From NCBI GenBank assembly GCA_051294375.1, contig CM119268.1, positions 3,063,523 through 3,127,522 of the forward strand: DNA of 64,000 nt, written 5' to 3'. Source of the stretch: Paraspadella gotoi (lineage: Eukaryota; Animalia; Chaetognatha). Shown piece by piece: positions 1 to 10,429 of this stretch (its first letter is position 1; each line of letters starts with the position of its first letter). Position numbers and translations under genes: made by a program. Below the pieces are notes generated by a model that worked only from the letters and a program-made list of their open reading frames with translations, made no database searches and was not told the origin of the DNA.

Positions 1-192
1 ATTTTAAGCTGAAAATTAACTTTTTATATATTAAATATAGTTTTTGTAATTTTTAACCCACTTAATGAAAGAATTTTTAAAAATAATTTATATTTTCTTT
101 TATCAATTTTAGACGAGGAATTCAAATCTGCAATCAAAATTAAGAAAAGCCTATTTTGAAATTTTTTCGATTTTATAAGGATAGTATTATAT

Positions 193-1040
193 ATTGATAG
201 GGAAGCCAGGTACTCTGGGAGTGAATAAACGGGACTGTGAGAGAGTCTTGATTGAAAGCTTTCAGGGACCTGCTATGTCATTATCTTGTAAGAGTGATGG
301 AGGCCTTAAACCACCAAAGCCTGTCCAAAGTCAGGGGCAAGATAGCTTATTTATTAAATGAATGGATAATTTTTATATTGGTTGTACCAATTTCATAAAA
401 TTCAGCTCCTTGTATTTGATGCTAGTGCGGAGTACAATAAGTATTCCCGATCTAATACTTAAGGGAGTGGTCTTTTCATACAATTGAAACATTCTTTGAA
501 ATATTTTCCACTTCATTGATAGGGAAGCCAGGTACTCTGGGAGTGAATAAACGGGACTGTGAGAGAGTCTTGATTGAAAGCTTTCAGGGACCTGCTATGT
601 CATTATCTTGTAAGAGTGATGGAGGCCTTAAACCACCAAAGCCTGTCCAAAGTCAGGGGCAAGATAGCTTATTTATTAAATGAATGGATAATTTTTATAT
701 TGGTTGTACCAATTTCATAAAATTCAGCTCCTTGTATTTTGATGCTAGTGCGGAGTACAATAAGTATTCCCCGATCTAATACTTAAGGAGTGGTCTTTTC
801 ATACAATTGAAACATTCTTTGAAATATTTTCCGCTTCATTGATAGGGAAGCCAGGTACTCTGGGAGTGAATAAACGGGACTGTGAGAGAGTCTTGATTGA
901 AAGCTTTCAGGGACCTGCTATGTCATTATCTTGTAAGAGTGATGGAGGCCTTAAACCACAAAGCCTTGTCCAAAGTCAGGGGCAAGATAGCTTATTTATT
1001 AAATGAATGGATAATTTTTATATTGTTGTACCAATTTCAT
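193..1040. repeat. Tandem array, ~322-bp unit, ~2.6 copies
   Basis: GATAGGGAAGCCAGGTACTC... recurs at 196, 518 and 841; units nearly identical. Each contains a ~140-bp segment also found dispersed (reverse complement at 53536-53677). Confidence 0.95.
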
Positions 1041-1041
1041 A

Positions 1042-1365
1042 TATAAGATAGAGGCTCACCCTATCACCAGGGCCTTCTCTTTCCCGCCGGGCTTCCTCTT
1101 CCCCTCTCAACGACCCCCTCCTCCTCCTCCTCTCGTCGCCTCCTCCTCCTCATCCCTGGGAGTGCATCGGGCTCCCTCTCTCTCGGAGGACACTCACGGC
1201 GCAAGGGCTACCAAGACCGCGCGATCTCCTTTTCCTCTCTCTCCTTTCCTTTGTAGTGTATTTGCTGTGGCCTTAACCCCCTTTTATTATTACATATTTA
1301 CCTTACTTACCTCTTTTACTTGTGAGAGGTAGTCAGATCCTTTCTAGCCAGTTATTCTATCTTCA
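1042..1365 (+). mobile_element. LTR-like segment (solo LTR / strong-stop-like) followed by a tRNA-Lys PBS
   Basis: Terminal inverted repeat AAGATAGA...TCTATCTT, ends in CA, then GAG and TGGCGCCCAATGTGGGGC (complement of the tRNA-Lys 3' end including CCA). Starts TA rather than TG. Confidence 0.6.
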
Positions 1366-1368
1366 GAG

Positions 1369-1435
1369 TGGCGCCCAATGTGGGGCTCGAACCCACGACC
1401 CCAGATAAGAGTCCTGTGCTCTACCGACTGAGCTA
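1369..1435 (-). pseudogene. 5'-truncated tRNA-Lys(CTT) copy with encoded CCA
   Basis: Minus strand reads TAGCTCAGTCGGTAGAGCACAGGACTCTTATCTGGGGTCGTGGGTTCGAGCCCCACATTGGGCG-CCA, i.e. tRNA positions ~8-76; the 5' acceptor strand is missing. Confidence 0.85.
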
Positions 1436-1947
1436 ACATAAAAATTAAAAAACATAAAATTAATTTTTTTTACAAATTAATGTTCACTGATAGTATGTTG
1501 TTCATAATTGACTTTTAGAATTTTCGTACGTAACTTTCACTACGCCTTACTAGTCATCATCAAGTTTTTATACCATGTTGTTCATAACCTATTGATATAT
1601 TGTACATCAAGAAACGCTTCTGTCTTTGGTGATAAATTGTCTTTTTACTACAGAGATGTAGATTACAACATTTACGTGGCCTATGATTTTAATTTGGTTT
1701 TCTTTATCATAGTTATCGACACATTAAAAAAAAGTGTTTATATATCATCGCAGGAAACTTATTGATCAACTTGTCTCGCCTACTTCCTTCATTGATATCA
1801 TTTACATTTTTTTTCAGAGAAATTACTACTCTAGTAAAACTTTCACATTTTTTTTCAAAACCGCTGTTACTCGTCGGAACCGAACGCCTTATGCGAATCT
1901 CTCTCCGAATGTCACCGTCAATGATTTCATAAGTTTAAGCGCTGTAA

Positions 1948-2009
<62 letters not shown>

Positions 2010-3649
2010 ATTTATTTACATTTCTTAAAATAATGAGTAGATACGACGCAGAGACAGATCACGCTTAATTTCATGTGCACGAAAAAAAAATTATCGGTCA
2101 TTGAATTTACTGTGTCTGACCATTTGTACTAACAAGCCATCCCTTCCTTACAGTTATGCTGGACAAATACATGCTAGAATGATACAGTAAAATACAGTGT
2201 AAAAGTTGAAATTTGGACTAGATACTTTGTTTCTCTGAATTCTTAAATCATAACATAAACGAGTAAGACGATGGGTACAACTGAAAGTGATATGTCTCGA
2301 GATGATAAAAAAATTCTTTAGTTTTTATTTTGAAATTAAGGTATTATACAAATAGGATAAATTGAGATACTCCAGCTTTGCCGAAATTTTTATTTAACAA
2401 AGATTTGTACTGCGTAGTTCAAATCTTTAGTTCTCCGATGATGAAAAAAGTTATTTTTTTGCATAACTTTTGAAAGAAAAGAGATAGGATGGTGGGCGAG
2501 GTATCAAATTAAAGCCCTAATCATGGGCATCTTCTGAACTTGTTTCTAATAATTTTATTCAAAAATGTTAAGACAGGATTTGTTTAAAATCTAGTTAAAA
2601 GTATAAACAGTTTTCGGAGTTAAAAATTTTAATGAAGGCATATGAATTTTTTTAATTTGCATGTATTTTTTAGTTAAAGTAAAAAACAAGCAAAAATACA
2701 TATAGTAGCATGATAAAATGTTATTTTAAATATGTAAAATTATAAATTAAAAGTTATTTTCAGTTTAATATAAAACAGTTTGGTTGTCTACCTTTTTGTC
2801 TGTAAAAAAAAATAATCATTTTTCATTATTTTTAACTGGAAACAAAAAGCTTGACCCACTGCTTGTTTATCATATTACAATTTTAAATAAATACAAATAC
2901 AAAACATATTTTTTAAATGTATTTTATTTAAGCTTTTATCATTTCTTTTTATATAAAACATCTAATATTCTCAATTTGAGCAAAGCTTTACTTCTTTAAA
3001 GATTTGGAAAAAAATATTCGACTTGACCAATGGTCATTCAGAATTTTAGTTTTCCATAAAAAATCAAGATATCAAAAACGAAAAACATCAGATTGTTCCA
3101 AAATCGAATGCCTTGAATCTGATTTTTTTTAAAATGCAAAATTTTGGTTCATAGTCTAGATCTAAAATTCTGAACACAAAAATGTTTTTTTCGAAAATTG
3201 AATTATTCTATTCTCTTAAATAATTAAAAATTAATTAAGCATATTATTCTTGCATATTAAGCAGCCAAATTTATCATGCATATTGGCAAAAGATTGCTCT
3301 TTTGAAAAATATATTTGAAAATCTTTGCTGTTGATGATGATGGTTTATTACAATGAACAAGTTAAAATATAGATAAAAAGAAAAAATTCTTTTGTAATTC
3401 TAGTATCATAATTCATTTGCATATTTTGTACTATTCCCAGATAAAAAATTATTTATTAATGGGTCTAAAATATTGCTCTTTTTTTGTAGATAATGAATAT
3501 CTATTGTTAAAGCTCATTATGTATATTCGTAAGGCAACCAAGGCTCTTAACATAACGCTACTACAATTTTTTATAAGCATTTTTCTAGACTTTTTGTCAG
3601 ATTTCTTCTTTTCCTGACCCTATTGCCTTTCTTGTAGGCGGTTGATACT

Positions 3650-4094
3650 TGTGGCGCGGACCCGGAGGCCAGCCACAGCGTGACGAAAGGCCGTGACCAC
3701 TGGAGTTTCACGTGACTAAGTGGAGACGTTAATGAGAGTTATCATTAATGTTGTTAGCGCAGGGAAAACGGGAACGTCATTGATTTGTTTGTTTTTGATT
3801 TGTTTAAAACATAGATGAATTTTATTACATCATTTTTAAATGTCCTGATTTCATTAGATGATCAAAAAGAACAATTGAGATAAAAATATTTGTTGAATTG
3901 TATTCTCTTATAATAACCAGAACAAGACTGAATATTTTCAGTTTAACATTTTAAAAGTTAACTGTCAAAAACAAATGCAATTAACTGATGAGACATCTTC
4001 AGTTGTGAAACATAACTTGATGAAAAACAAAGGGTTTGATCCCTGGGCGGAGTGGTTTAATCCTAAATGATTAAATCCTATCTGAACGGCCACA
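3650..4094 (-). repeat. 3' LTR
   Basis: Matches 9433-9877; preceded by a polypurine tract on the minus strand. Confidence 0.95.
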
Positions 4095-4352
4095 TCCCCC
4101 CCTGTCGGAATATGTTATGTAAATAAATATTTCAAAATAAATTGTTGTCGTCAACCGTGTGCCTGAAGAGTATGATGATAAATGGTTTCCAAAATAAAAG
4201 TCGTAATAAGGGTTAAATTAATAATTGATTAGACTTTGCCAAAATCAAATTTGTAGAAATACAAATAACATTCGAAAAATATCAAAAACACGAAAATATC
4301 CGAAAATACTAAAATATTGAAAATTTACAATATGTACAGGAGTAACGTTGTA

Positions 4353-7300
4353 TCAGTTGTCGTTGTTGTTGTTATTTTCGTTTTGATTTCTTTTGAGCAT
4401 CTCCTTCAACACAACCGCGTATGTTGGCCGATTATATGGTTTATTTGAGAAGTTCCTTGGAGTCGGCCTTGAGAAACGACACGTTGGCTCAAGATTTTTC
4501 GTTTCGAGATTGTTGTTGTTGTTGTTTCCTTCTTTTCCCTTTGGCGGCGGAGTCGTCTCGCGTGGAGGCTCGGGAGAATGGGAAGTTGTAAGGAAAACGC
4601 GTTGAGGCGATGCAGGTGGGTCGGGGAGAGGGTGAGGTTGATTGGGGTAAATGTGGAAGGTCGTCGGAGGAGGGGGAGGAGGAGGAGGAGGAGGAGGATG
4701 AGTCGAAGCGGCGCGTAAAGTGGTCGAGCGAGTAATTCTCGTTGTCGGAGCCGGTTGTCTTGTCCTGGGGCCCGGGCGACGACCCGGTGGCCTCCTCTGG
4801 TGTGGCTCGGAAGTGTCGAACTGCTCGTCGTCGTCGCTGATCCACGCCGGTTTGACGCGGGCGACGTTAACCGTTTCGCGGCCGCTACTCGGGATATCGA
4901 CAGTGAGATTTAGTCCATTTCTCTTCACTACGCGATATGGACCTTCGTAAGGGGCTATGAGAGTAGGTTGAACGCCTGCCCGTCTTATGAAGACATACTT
5001 GGCGGTGTCGAGGTTTGTTGGAAGGTGGACGGCAGGTTGGCGATGGGCAGACGTCGGCGTTGGTTGGAGGCGGGCGACCTCCAATCGAAGTTTTGATAGC
5101 TGATTTCTTCGTTGCCTATTTAGTTCATCATCGCCTATTTGGGCGTCGCCTAGCATGGCGCCGGGCACGCCGATTCCTTCGCCAAATACGAGATCCGCTG
5201 CCGAGGCTCCTATATCTTCCTTGACTGTGGTTCTTATCGCTAATAACGTAAGAGGAAGTTTCCAGAACCATTTTTCGTTTTCGTTTTTTGCTAAGGCCCG
5301 TAACGATTCCTTTAGACGCCTATGAAACCTCTCCACTAGGCCATTAGCTTGTGGGTGGTAGGCTGTCGTTGTTTGTATTTTGATTCCCCATTGTTTAGTG
5401 AGTTGACGCCATAAGTTCGAGGTAAATTGACTACCTCTATCTGTGGTGATAATAGATGGCGTACCGAATGTACTGATCCAGTTGAAACTCAACGCGTCGA
5501 TTATTGTATGAGTCAATGTATCTTGTATCGGGATGGCAGATGGCCATCTCGAGAATCTGTCAACTATGGTAAGTAGATGAGAATAGCCATTAGATTTGGG
5601 CATCTTAACAAGATCGATGTTGAGATGCTGAAACCGGCGAGCAGGGATTTTAAAATCGCCGATCTCAGGGATTGTATGTTTTGTAATTTTTGCTCGTTGG
5701 CAGTCTAGACAGTTTCGAGCCCATTTTGACACATCCTGTCTCATACTTGTCCAGACAAATTTAGATGCCACTGCCTTACGCGTTGCTTCTACTCCCGGAT
5801 GGCCTAAACCGTGGATCGTATCAAAAACTTTTCGTCTCCATGATGCCGGTACAAATGGTCTGGCTGGACCGTTTGATATATCCGCAAGAAGCTCCTGGTC
5901 GCCTACTCTGATTTTTCTAAAAGTCAATCCCGTTCGAGCGTCTTCAGCGATCCGTTGGAAATCGGGATCGAGCGCCTGCTCTCGGGCCATCTGCTCGAAA
6001 TCGATTTCGAAGCTTGTGAGAGAGGCGATGACGGCGTTAACGTCCTCGAGGCGATTCGTTTTGATTGGTCGTTCTGATTTCTCTTTGACTTGTGATTCTC
6101 CCGTTGGAGAATTTGCGGATGAAGTTGGAGAATTGGTTTTGGACGCTGTCTCTTGGCCGATCGCCTCGGTTGAGTTTATTTCGCTCGATTGAGTCGTCGA
6201 CGTCGCGATTTGTTCGGTAGATGTTGTTTGGCCTATCGACGTGACTGGGATTGTTTCTTCTACGAGAGCTGGTGGCGTAACTGGCGCAGATGACGCAGTA
6301 TTTGTCGTTTGACTTGTCGGTCTGGCCGAGAGAGATTTTTTTGACGAGTCGATTTTGTCGGTAGGTGCCGTTTGGCTTGGCGGTGGAGCATTTGGGCGAG
6401 ATAACGCATCCGCTACTACGTTCGCCTTACCTTTAAGGTATCGAACGTCTGTAGTGAATTCTGCTATAGCGGATAGCTGGTAAGACTGTCTAACAGTTTG
6501 TGGTTCAGTTTTTTTTCTTATGGCCGATACTAAAGACTGATGATCAGTGTATAGCGTAAAAGATCTACCTTCCACCCAGTGGCGGAAGTGTCTTACTGCC
6601 CTGAATGCGCCAAACAGCTCGCGATCAAAAGGGGGCCACAATTTTTGATTCTTCGCTAGTTTTGCTGAGAAGAATGCCAATGGCTCCCAGCCCTTTGGCC
6701 CTCGCTGCTCGAGAACAGCTCCCACCGCGTGGTCCGAAGCATCCGTCATTATACATAACTGGGCTCCCGTGCGTGGATGGTGGAGCAATGCTGCGGATAT
6801 TAATCCTTCCTTGATGGATTCGAACGCACGTTGACAATCCTCTGTCCATGTTAAGGCCTTTGGTTTGCCACTTAAGGCTTCGTAGAGGGGAGAACAACGA
6901 TGGGCAACTCGAGGGATAAATCTTCTGTAGTAATTTATCATGCCCAAGAATCGTTGTAACTCCTTTATCGAAGTTGGGCGTGTGGTTTCCTGGAGCGTTT
7001 GGACTCTCTCTGGTAGGGGTCGGACTCCGTTCTTGTCGACTAGAAAGCCGAGGAACTCCAACGACTCCTGCCCTAAGAGACATTTTTTGGTATTAACTAC
7101 CAGTCCGTTTTCGTCGAGGGCCTTGAAAACACGTTCTAGGTCCTGGAGATGCTCCTCGGGTGACGTTGATGCGACGAGGATATCATCGAGATACACGAAA
7201 GTGTGGGGAATATCCCCCAGTATCTCGTCCATCAGTCGCTGGAAGTCCTGTCCAGCGTTCTTTAGCCCGAATGGGCATCGCGGGAAAACGTATAATCCAA

Positions 7301-8243
7301 ACGGCGTTATTACAGCCGTCTTTTTCACGTCTTCTGGATTAACTGGTATCTGATGGTAGCCTTTTAACAAGTCGATCTTCGAAAAGATCGTCTTGCCTTG
7401 AAGCTGAGAGTTGAAATCAGATAAAAGCTTCACTGGATATCGGTCATCGATAGTCTGAGCATTCAATCTGCGGTAATCCCCGCAGCATCTCCATCCCCCG
7501 TCGGGTTTGGAGACGACATGCAGCGGGGAAGACCATTCAGATTTTCCTCTTTTGGCTACCCCTAGGGATACCATTTTTTCCAACTCTCGCTTGGCTACAG
7601 CCAGCTTCTCCGGATCAAGGCGACGAGCTCTTGATTGACATGGGCGCCCCTCAGTTGGAATCGAGTGGGTCACGCCATGTTTGGGTTCCTTTACCTCAAA
7701 GGTAGGTGTCGAGAGTGAGGGGAACGATTCCAATAGCTTGTAAAATTTTTCTCCCTTCCGGTCTACAAAACTGACGTGAGCTGTTGTTTCTTTCGAAGTG
7801 GAGGCTGCAATCGTCGAGTAGTCCGTCAGGTCGATGAGGAGGCCATCTCGGTGGTTGGGTGCCAGGAAGTTTTCGGCCAAGAAATCGGCCCCGAGGATGT
7901 ACTGCTTAACGTCCGCCACGACGAAGCTGTACTCAAACTTCCTGTTCCCTAACTGCACCGTTCTGTCCACCGTTCCGTAGCATGCTATAGACGAGCCGTT
8001 AGCTGCTTGTAGCTTCATGTTTGGATCTGGTCCACGGTCTCGTTGTCGTTTGGTTGGTGGAATTATTGAGAGCAAAGCTCCTCCGTCTACAAGCCATCGT
8101 GTGCGATCCCCGGCGTCCCGTATGTAAATGAGGTCATTTGACGCCGGTGATTGATCTGAGCTCTGGGGGACGGCGTTCACCGTCGACGGCCCCCTTTGGA
8201 GTTTCCCTCTTTTTTCCGTTGGACTTCGTCGAATCTTGCACAT
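4353..8243 (-). CDS. pol: Gypsy pol: protease-RT-RNase H-integrase
   Basis: LVDGGA/ILGADFL protease, YLDD RT, TDAS...DRE...TDH RNase H, H-x3-H...C-x2-C plus DDE integrase, APYEGPY (GPY/F) motif; PR-RT-RH-IN order. Confidence 0.97.
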   Translation of the reverse strand: MCKIRRSPTEKRGKLQRGPSTVNAVPQSSDQSPASNDLIYIRDAGDRTRWLVDGGALLSIIPPTKRQRDRGPDPNMKLQAANGSSIACYGTVDRTVQLGNRKFEYSFVVADVKQYILGADFLAENFLAPNHRDGLLIDLTDYSTIAASTSKETTAHVSFVDRKGEKFYKLLESFPSLSTPTFEVKEPKHGVTHSIPTEGRPCQSRARRLDPEKLAVAKRELEKMVSLGVAKRGKSEWSSPLHVVSKPDGGWRCCGDYRRLNAQTIDDRYPVKLLSDFNSQLQGKTIFSKIDLLKGYHQIPVNPEDVKKTAVITPFGLYVFPRCPFGLKNAGQDFQRLMDEILGDIPHTFVYLDDILVASTSPEEHLQDLERVFKALDENGLVVNTKKCLLGQESLEFLGFLVDKNGVRPLPERVQTLQETTRPTSIKELQRFLGMINYYRRFIPRVAHRCSPLYEALSGKPKALTWTEDCQRAFESIKEGLISAALLHHPRTGAQLCIMTDASDHAVGAVLEQRGPKGWEPLAFFSAKLAKNQKLWPPFDRELFGAFRAVRHFRHWVEGRSFTLYTDHQSLVSAIRKKTEPQTVRQSYQLSAIAEFTTDVRYLKGKANVVADALSRPNAPPPSQTAPTDKIDSSKKSLSARPTSQTTNTASSAPVTPPALVEETIPVTSIGQTTSTEQIATSTTQSSEINSTEAIGQETASKTNSPTSSANSPTGESQVKEKSERPIKTNRLEDVNAVIASLTSFEIDFEQMAREQALDPDFQRIAEDARTGLTFRKIRVGDQELLADISNGPARPFVPASWRRKVFDTIHGLGHPGVEATRKAVASKFVWTSMRQDVSKWARNCLDCQRAKITKHTIPEIGDFKIPARRFQHLNIDLVKMPKSNGYSHLLTIVDRFSRWPSAIPIQDTLTHTIIDALSFNWISTFGTPSIITTDRGSQFTSNLWRQLTKQWGIKIQTTTAYHPQANGLVERFHRRLKESLRALAKNENEKWFWKLPLTLLAIRTTVKEDIGASAADLVFGEGIGVPGAMLGDAQIGDDELNRQRRNQLSKLRLEVARLQPTPTSAHRQPAVHLPTNLDTAKYVFIRRAGVQPTLIAPYEGPYRVVKRNGLNLTVDIPSSGRETVNVARVKPAWISDDDEQFDTSEPHQRRPPGRRPGPRTRQPAPTTRITRSTTLRAASTHPPPPPPPPPPPTTFHIYPNQPHPLPDPPASPQRVFLTTSHSPEPPRETTPPPKGKEGNNNNNNLETKNLEPTCRFSRPTPRNFSNKPYNRPTYAVVLKEMLKRNQNENNNNNDN
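8165..8207 (-). promoter_or_regulatory. Putative -1 programmed ribosomal frameshift signal
   Basis: G GGA AAC slippery heptamer in the gag frame (8201-8207), 6-nt spacer, then GC-rich stem GGGGGCCGTCGACGGTGAACGCCGTCCCCC. Confidence 0.8.
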
Positions 8244-9058
8244 CCGGGGTCACAAGACCATGCTTCATTGCCGAATTTGATGTGCTTTGAGCATAGAGTA
8301 GTGAGCTTAGCCTTGTTCTTACTTTTTTGAGCTGGAACTGGGCGTCGTCTACTGTTGGCGTTTTTCTTATGACGGCCGTCAATGGCGTTAATTGCTTCGT
8401 CGGTTTCTGAATCGCTGTCGAATTGATCGCGATGCTCTTTGCCGACGTTACTAACCAGAGATGACGATTGTTTTATCTTAAGGTTTCCGTCGTTGTCGAA
8501 ATGCCTATCGGCCAATTCGCAAAGTTCGTGGGCGGTTAAGTCGTCGGCCTTATCCTCTAGCTGCCTTCGGATTTCCAAAGGCATCTCTCTGAGGATTTTC
8601 TCCTTCCTGACGTCGTCTAAGCTGAGAGTCTTAGTTTTCTCCTCTAATTGAGCGAGCATTTTGGATGGCTTAACTGCGTCGACGTCGAGGGCGTCGAGGA
8701 GATTCGCCGCCTGTTGGCGACGCGTAAGGCCGTATTCTTGACGGAGGTACGCTATAAATTGTCTCCATGATTCTTCTGTCGCTTCCCCGAAGAGGTATTT
8801 GTTTATAGTCGGGTCGACGTTGATCGCTATCTTGGATTCAAGATGTGCGAATTTGTTTCGAGGCGCTGTGATGCCGGCTCGCGTGTAGGCGGCCTCCACC
8901 CGCTTGATCCATATCTCGATGTTGCTCACATCGAAATCTGGTAGATCCGGTTTGCGGTTGGAGGCGCGTTCGAGGGCGCGAGTGGCGGCGGCGAGAGCGG
9001 CGCGGAGTTCCGCGTTTTCGTCCTGGAGATCTCGTGGAGCGGCGCCGGGCGTCGCCAT
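8177..9058 (-). CDS. gag: Gypsy gag
   Basis: LPDF...IWIKRVEA, KPSKML and C-x2-H...C-x3-C (CSKHIKFGNEAWSCDPGC) motifs; overlaps pol in the -1 frame. Confidence 0.9.
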   Translation of the reverse strand: MATPGAAPRDLQDENAELRAALAAATRALERASNRKPDLPDFDVSNIEIWIKRVEAAYTRAGITAPRNKFAHLESKIAINVDPTINKYLFGEATEESWRQFIAYLRQEYGLTRRQQAANLLDALDVDAVKPSKMLAQLEEKTKTLSLDDVRKEKILREMPLEIRRQLEDKADDLTAHELCELADRHFDNDGNLKIKQSSSLVSNVGKEHRDQFDSDSETDEAINAIDGRHKKNANSRRRPVPAQKSKNKAKLTTLCSKHIKFGNEAWSCDPGCARFDEVQRKKEGNSKGGRRR

Positions 9059-9432
9059 GTCGTTGTTTCGGTCGTTGGCCGACTGGAAATAGAATTCCGT
9101 GGCGGCGTCGGTAAACGCCGGCGAAGTCGATCGGGATCGATGGCCTCTGCCGAAACCGCAAGGGGGTTGAAGCCTGGCGGCGGCGTCGGCGTCCCTGTGA
9201 GCGGAGCGTAGGCGAGAACGCGGATCTGAGCCCGCTATCGGAATTTTCCTTTTGTCTCCGTCGTGTTGCGAGTAGTGTGGGGATTGAGGGGAGTGGAAAA
9301 AACGAGCGTGAGCGGATTGGGCGATTTAGCTTAATCCGAAATTCCTTCTCCCAATCTTACCTCAGAAAAGGTAGCTTGTCGTTGCAATCCCCGCTTGGAA
9401 GGCCGGTTTCGTTCGTCGTCGAGTTCACCATG

Positions 9433-9877
9433 TGTGGCGCGGACCCGGAGGCCAGCCACAGCGTGGGACGAAAGGCCGTGACCACTGGAGTTTCACGTGA
9501 CTAAGTGGAGACGTTAATGAGAGTTATCATTAATGTTGTTAGCGCAGGGAAAACGGGAACGTCATTGATTTGTTTTGTTTTTGATTTGTTTAAAACATAG
9601 ATGAATTTTATTACATCAATTTTAAATGTCCTGATTTCATTAGATGATCAAAAAGAACAATTGAGATAAAAATATTTGTTGAATTGTATTCTCTTAATAA
9701 TAACCAGAACAAGACTGAATATTTTCAGTTTAACATTTTAAAAGTTAACTGTCAAAAACAAATGCAATTAACTGATGAGACATCTTCAGTTGTGAAACAT
9801 AACTTGATGAAAAACAATATTGATCCCTGGGCGGATGGTTTAATCCTAAATGATTAAATCCTATCTGAACGGCCACA
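9433..9877 (-). repeat. 5' LTR
   Basis: Matches 3650-4094; followed on the minus strand by CA and the PBS. Confidence 0.95.
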
Positions 9878-10381
9878 TACGTTCATGGAGACAGTACCTT
9901 AGGTCTCCGAGTACCAAACAACTATAGCTTAAAGATTATGAATCAAATATGGCGACGAGTGAAATAAAAATGATCATAAGTAGGGTGGGAAGCAAATTAA
10001 GCGTGATCTGTCTCTGCGTCATACATATATATTACAAAATTTTTACAATACTTTTCAGTCTATAGTATAATTTTAAAACAATTAACAAGGTGTCGTCAAT
10101 CAGATTTTGCGTTAGACCCATGCACAATTGAGCGGAAGTTGGCGTAGACTACAACATGGAATTCTTTTTTTACCACAACTGAAAAGTTAATAAAATGTTT
10201 TTTCTAAAACTATTTATTTTTCCTAAGGGACTTTTAACTTAAACTGTTAATATTTTGAAATTTCATCCCTAGTCAAAGCAAAATCATTTTAGAATTCTAC
10301 ATTGATCTATTATTAATTTATTTATTGTTATAAAGCTTGGTATAAGATAAGCAAGTTTTAAATTAGAGTCGTCTCAATTTC

Positions 10382-10429
<48 letters not shown>

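Larger units (their letters stand above)
3650..9877 (-). mobile_element. Full-length Ty3/Gypsy LTR retrotransposon
   Basis: Near-identical ~445-bp LTRs (TGTGGC...GCCACA) at 3650-4094 and 9433-9877; PBS TGGTGAACTCGACG (tRNA-Trp-like) at 9417-9430; PPT AGGGGGGGA next to 4095; intact gag and pol; TSD imperfect (TACT/TACG). Confidence 0.97.
2044..10021. mobile_element. Non-autonomous TIR DNA transposon (Tc1/mariner-like TA target), interrupted by the Gypsy element
   Basis: 27-bp perfect inverted repeat GACGCAGAGACAGATCACGCTTAATTT at 2045-2071 and 9994-10020; TA at 2042-43 and 10022-23; no transposase ORF. Confidence 0.75.

Noticed and set aside
254-273. GAAAGCTTTCAGGGACCTGC resembling the twister-like element end GAAGCTCAGGGACTGC
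   Set aside because: Short gapped match with no further similarity; likely chance.
1369-1435. Functional tRNA-Lys gene
   Set aside because: Lacks the 5' acceptor strand and encodes CCA.
3985-4025. CTGATGAG...GAAAC in the Gypsy LTRs as a hammerhead
   Set aside because: No NUH triplet or stem I after the putative stem III; better explained by the AACTGA/TCAGTT hairpin.
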